From Gemmatimonadaceae bacterium (GTDB taxonomy: Bacteria; Gemmatimonadota; Gemmatimonadetes; Gemmatimonadales; Gemmatimonadaceae): DNA of 64,000 bases. The stretch is from positions 2,799 to 66,798 of the forward strand of contig JBDTJH010000210.1 in NCBI GenBank assembly GCA_039935955.1. The letters run 5' to 3'. Shown here piece after piece: positions 62,392 to 64,000 of the stretch. The notes below the pieces were generated by a model. That model saw only the letters and a program-made list of their open reading frames with translations. It did no database searches and had not been told where the DNA came from. A program made the position numbers and the translations under genes. Each line of letters begins with the position of its first letter. Position 1 is the stretch's first letter.

Positions 62392-64000
62392 ATGTCGATT
62401 CCCAACCAGCCTCCGCTCAACGCGGAGGCAGACCAGATTCCGATCGCTGCCGACGACGACGTGCACGTTCCCTACGTCGCGTCGAGCAAGGATGTCCCCG
62501 AGCTCACGGTCGGCGCGATCCTGCTCGGCATCGTGCTCGGTCTCGTGTTCGCGCTATCGAGCGTGTACCTCGCGCTCAAGGTCGGGCTGACGGTCAGCGC
62601 ATCGATTCCGATCTCGGTCCTCTCGATCACGATCTTCCGATACATCTCGAAGTCCTTCGGCGCGAAGCCGGCGACGATTCTTCAGAACAACATGGTGCAG
62701 ACGACGGGCTCCGCCGGCGAATCAGTCGCCGCCGGAATCGTCTTCACTCTTCCCGCGCTGCTTCTGCTCGGCTACAACCTGCCGTGGACGAAAGTCGCGG
62801 CCGTCGCCGTCGTCGGCGGACTCCTCGGCGTCTTCCTCATGATCCCGCTGCGCAACGCGTTGATCGTGAAGGAGCGGAAGACGCTGAAGTATCCCGAGGG
62901 CACCGCGGCGGCCGAAGTGCTGATCGTCGGCGAGGAGCGCGGCGTGCAGGCGCGCACGGTGTTCCTCGGATTCGGACTCGCGGCGCTCTACAAGCTCCTC
63001 GTCAGCGGGCTGCATCTCTGGCAGGAAGTTCCGCGCTATGTCTTCCAGCGAATCGCACCAACCGGAAAGATCGAGCTGTTCGGTGAGATTCGTGCGGAGA
63101 TCAGCCCGGAGCTCACCGGCGTCGGCTACATCATCGGGCCTCGCATCGCCGGCTTCCTGTTCGCGGGCGGATGCCTCTCGTACTTCGTGCTCATCCCCAC
63201 GATCAAGCTCTTCGGCGCGGGACTCACCGACGTCATCCCGCCCGGCACGGCGCTCATCAGCGGAATGGATGCAACGGCCGTTCGCGCGAACTACGTCTAC
63301 TACATCGGCGCCGGCGCGGTGACCGCCGCGGGGCTCATCAGCCTCCTGCGCTCATTTCCAACGATTCTCGCCGCGTTAGCCGGCGGCTTCAGGCGCAACG
63401 CCGACGATCGAGCTGGCCGTGCAGCGCGCGCGCGCACCGATCGCGACCTCCCCATCACCGTCGTCCTCGTCGGCGTCGTCGCCTGTGCGATCGCGATGAT
63501 CGCGCTGCCGCAGATCGGGATCAATCTCCTCGCGGCGGCGCTCGCGGTCGGCTTCGCCTTTCTGTTCGTCACCGTCTCGAGCCGCATCACGGGACAGATC
63601 GGCGCGTCGTCGAATCCGATCTCTGGGATGACGGTCGCGACCGTACTGCTCACCGCGCTGATCTTTCTCGCCATCGGCTGGACCGGCGTCGAGCATCGCG
63701 TGCTCGCACTCACGATCGGCGGCGTGGTGTGCGTCGCCGCCGCCGTTGCCGGCGCGACGTCACAGGATCTCAAGACCGGCTACATCGTCGGCGCGACTCC
63801 GGCGCGTCAGCAGATTGGCCTCCTCTTCGGCGTCACGACATCCGCGCTCCTCATCGGCGGAATGATCGCGCTGTTGAACACTGCACACCGCACGATCGTC
63901 GTGAAGAGCTATCCCGGTGTCGTCGTCTCGATCATCGACGCGGGTGAGATCGAGACGGTTGCCGGCGTGCAATACCAGGTCGGGCATCTCTACGAGACGC
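62392..64000 (+). CDS. OPT-family oligopeptide transporter, 3' end outside the window
   Basis: This gene is not in the supplied ORF track because it has no stop within the window. I translated it by hand from ATG 62392. The translation reads MSIPNQPPLNAE...LTVGAILLGIVLGLVFALSSVYLALKVGLTVSASIP...NMVQTTGSAGESVAAGIVFTLPAL...GQIGASSNPISGMTV...SQDLKTGYIVGATP. It is open to base 64000. Confidence 0.85.
   Translation, partial: MSIPNQPPLNAEADQIPIAADDDVHVPYVASSKDVPELTVGAILLGIVLGLVFALSSVYLALKVGLTVSASIPISVLSITIFRYISKSFGAKPATILQNNMVQTTGSAGESVAAGIVFTLPALLLLGYNLPWTKVAAVAVVGGLLGVFLMIPLRNALIVKERKTLKYPEGTAAAEVLIVGEERGVQARTVFLGFGLAALYKLLVSGLHLWQEVPRYVFQRIAPTGKIELFGEIRAEISPELTGVGYIIGPRIAGFLFAGGCLSYFVLIPTIKLFGAGLTDVIPPGTALISGMDATAVRANYVYYIGAGAVTAAGLISLLRSFPTILAALAGGFRRNADDRAGRAARARTDRDLPITVVLVGVVACAIAMIALPQIGINLLAAALAVGFAFLFVTVSSRITGQIGASSNPISGMTVATVLLTALIFLAIGWTGVEHRVLALTIGGVVCVAAAVAGATSQDLKTGYIVGATPARQQIGLLFGVTTSALLIGGMIALLNTAHRTIVVKSYPGVVVSIIDAGEIETVAGVQYQVGHLYET

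Noticed and set aside
1-64000. A mobile element, prophage, CRISPR-Cas system, toxin-antitoxin pair or dedicated defence system.
   Set aside because: I recognised no transposase, integrase, recombinase, Cas, nuclease/helicase defence module, terminal inverted repeats flanking a cassette, tRNA integration site or repeat-spacer array on either strand.

Overview
This is a high-GC bacterial chromosomal segment. Spot counts give about 43-44 G+C per 60-nt line in most genes. The gene content resembles Gemmatimonadota/Acidobacteriota-type bacteria, but that is only a taxonomic guess. Two surface-polysaccharide loci dominate the window, separated by about 14 kb of housekeeping genes.

Locus 1 (1-27.0 kb) contains:
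- a Wzc-type BY-kinase (5' partial);
- a receiver plus degenerate-GGDEF protein;
- a Wza-type exporter;
- a priming phosphoglycosyl transferase;
- two paralogous secreted Big_2/unknown-domain proteins flanking an acyltransferase-3, in a visibly lower-GC stretch;
- a BNR/sortilin-like propeller protein;
- GT2 and GT4 glycosyltransferases;
- a Wzx flippase broken by an in-frame TAG;
- an O-antigen-ligase/Wzy-like protein;
- an XrtA/PEP-CTERM-locus-type module of two CE4 deacetylases, a FemAB-like protein, a DegT aminotransferase and an ATP-grasp ligase.

The housekeeping block (27.2-41.1 kb) encodes a VanZ-like protein, prolyl oligopeptidase, YggT, MetH, an Hcy-methyltransferase/MTHFR fusion, a small CbiX-like protein, an acyl-CoA dehydrogenase, a Yip1 protein and an Xaa-Pro aminopeptidase.

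Locus 2 (41.3-57.3 kb) encodes GT4 and GT2 enzymes, an intact Wzx, an epimerase, a Gfo/Idh/MocA-SDR fusion, two methyltransferases and rfbBACD. After it come an M61 peptidase, a hybrid histidine kinase, a DUF4349 lipoprotein and a 3'-partial OPT transporter. The OPT gene is absent from the supplied ORF track.

I saw no rRNA, tRNA, CRISPR array, transposase, integrase or recognisable defence genes.

The observations most worth following up are:
- sigma-54-type -24/-12 promoter matches in front of three locus-1 operons;
- the degenerate GGDEF protein that keeps its I-site;
- the paralogous secreted proteins with an unassigned roughly 430-aa domain;
- the nonsense-disrupted flippase, together with the complementary gene content of the two loci;
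- the deacetylase/ATP-grasp/FemAB/aminotransferase module, which suggests an aminoacyl-decorated polymer;
- several perfect or near-perfect palindromes in divergent promoter regions.

All functional calls come from motif recognition by eye. No database search was run.
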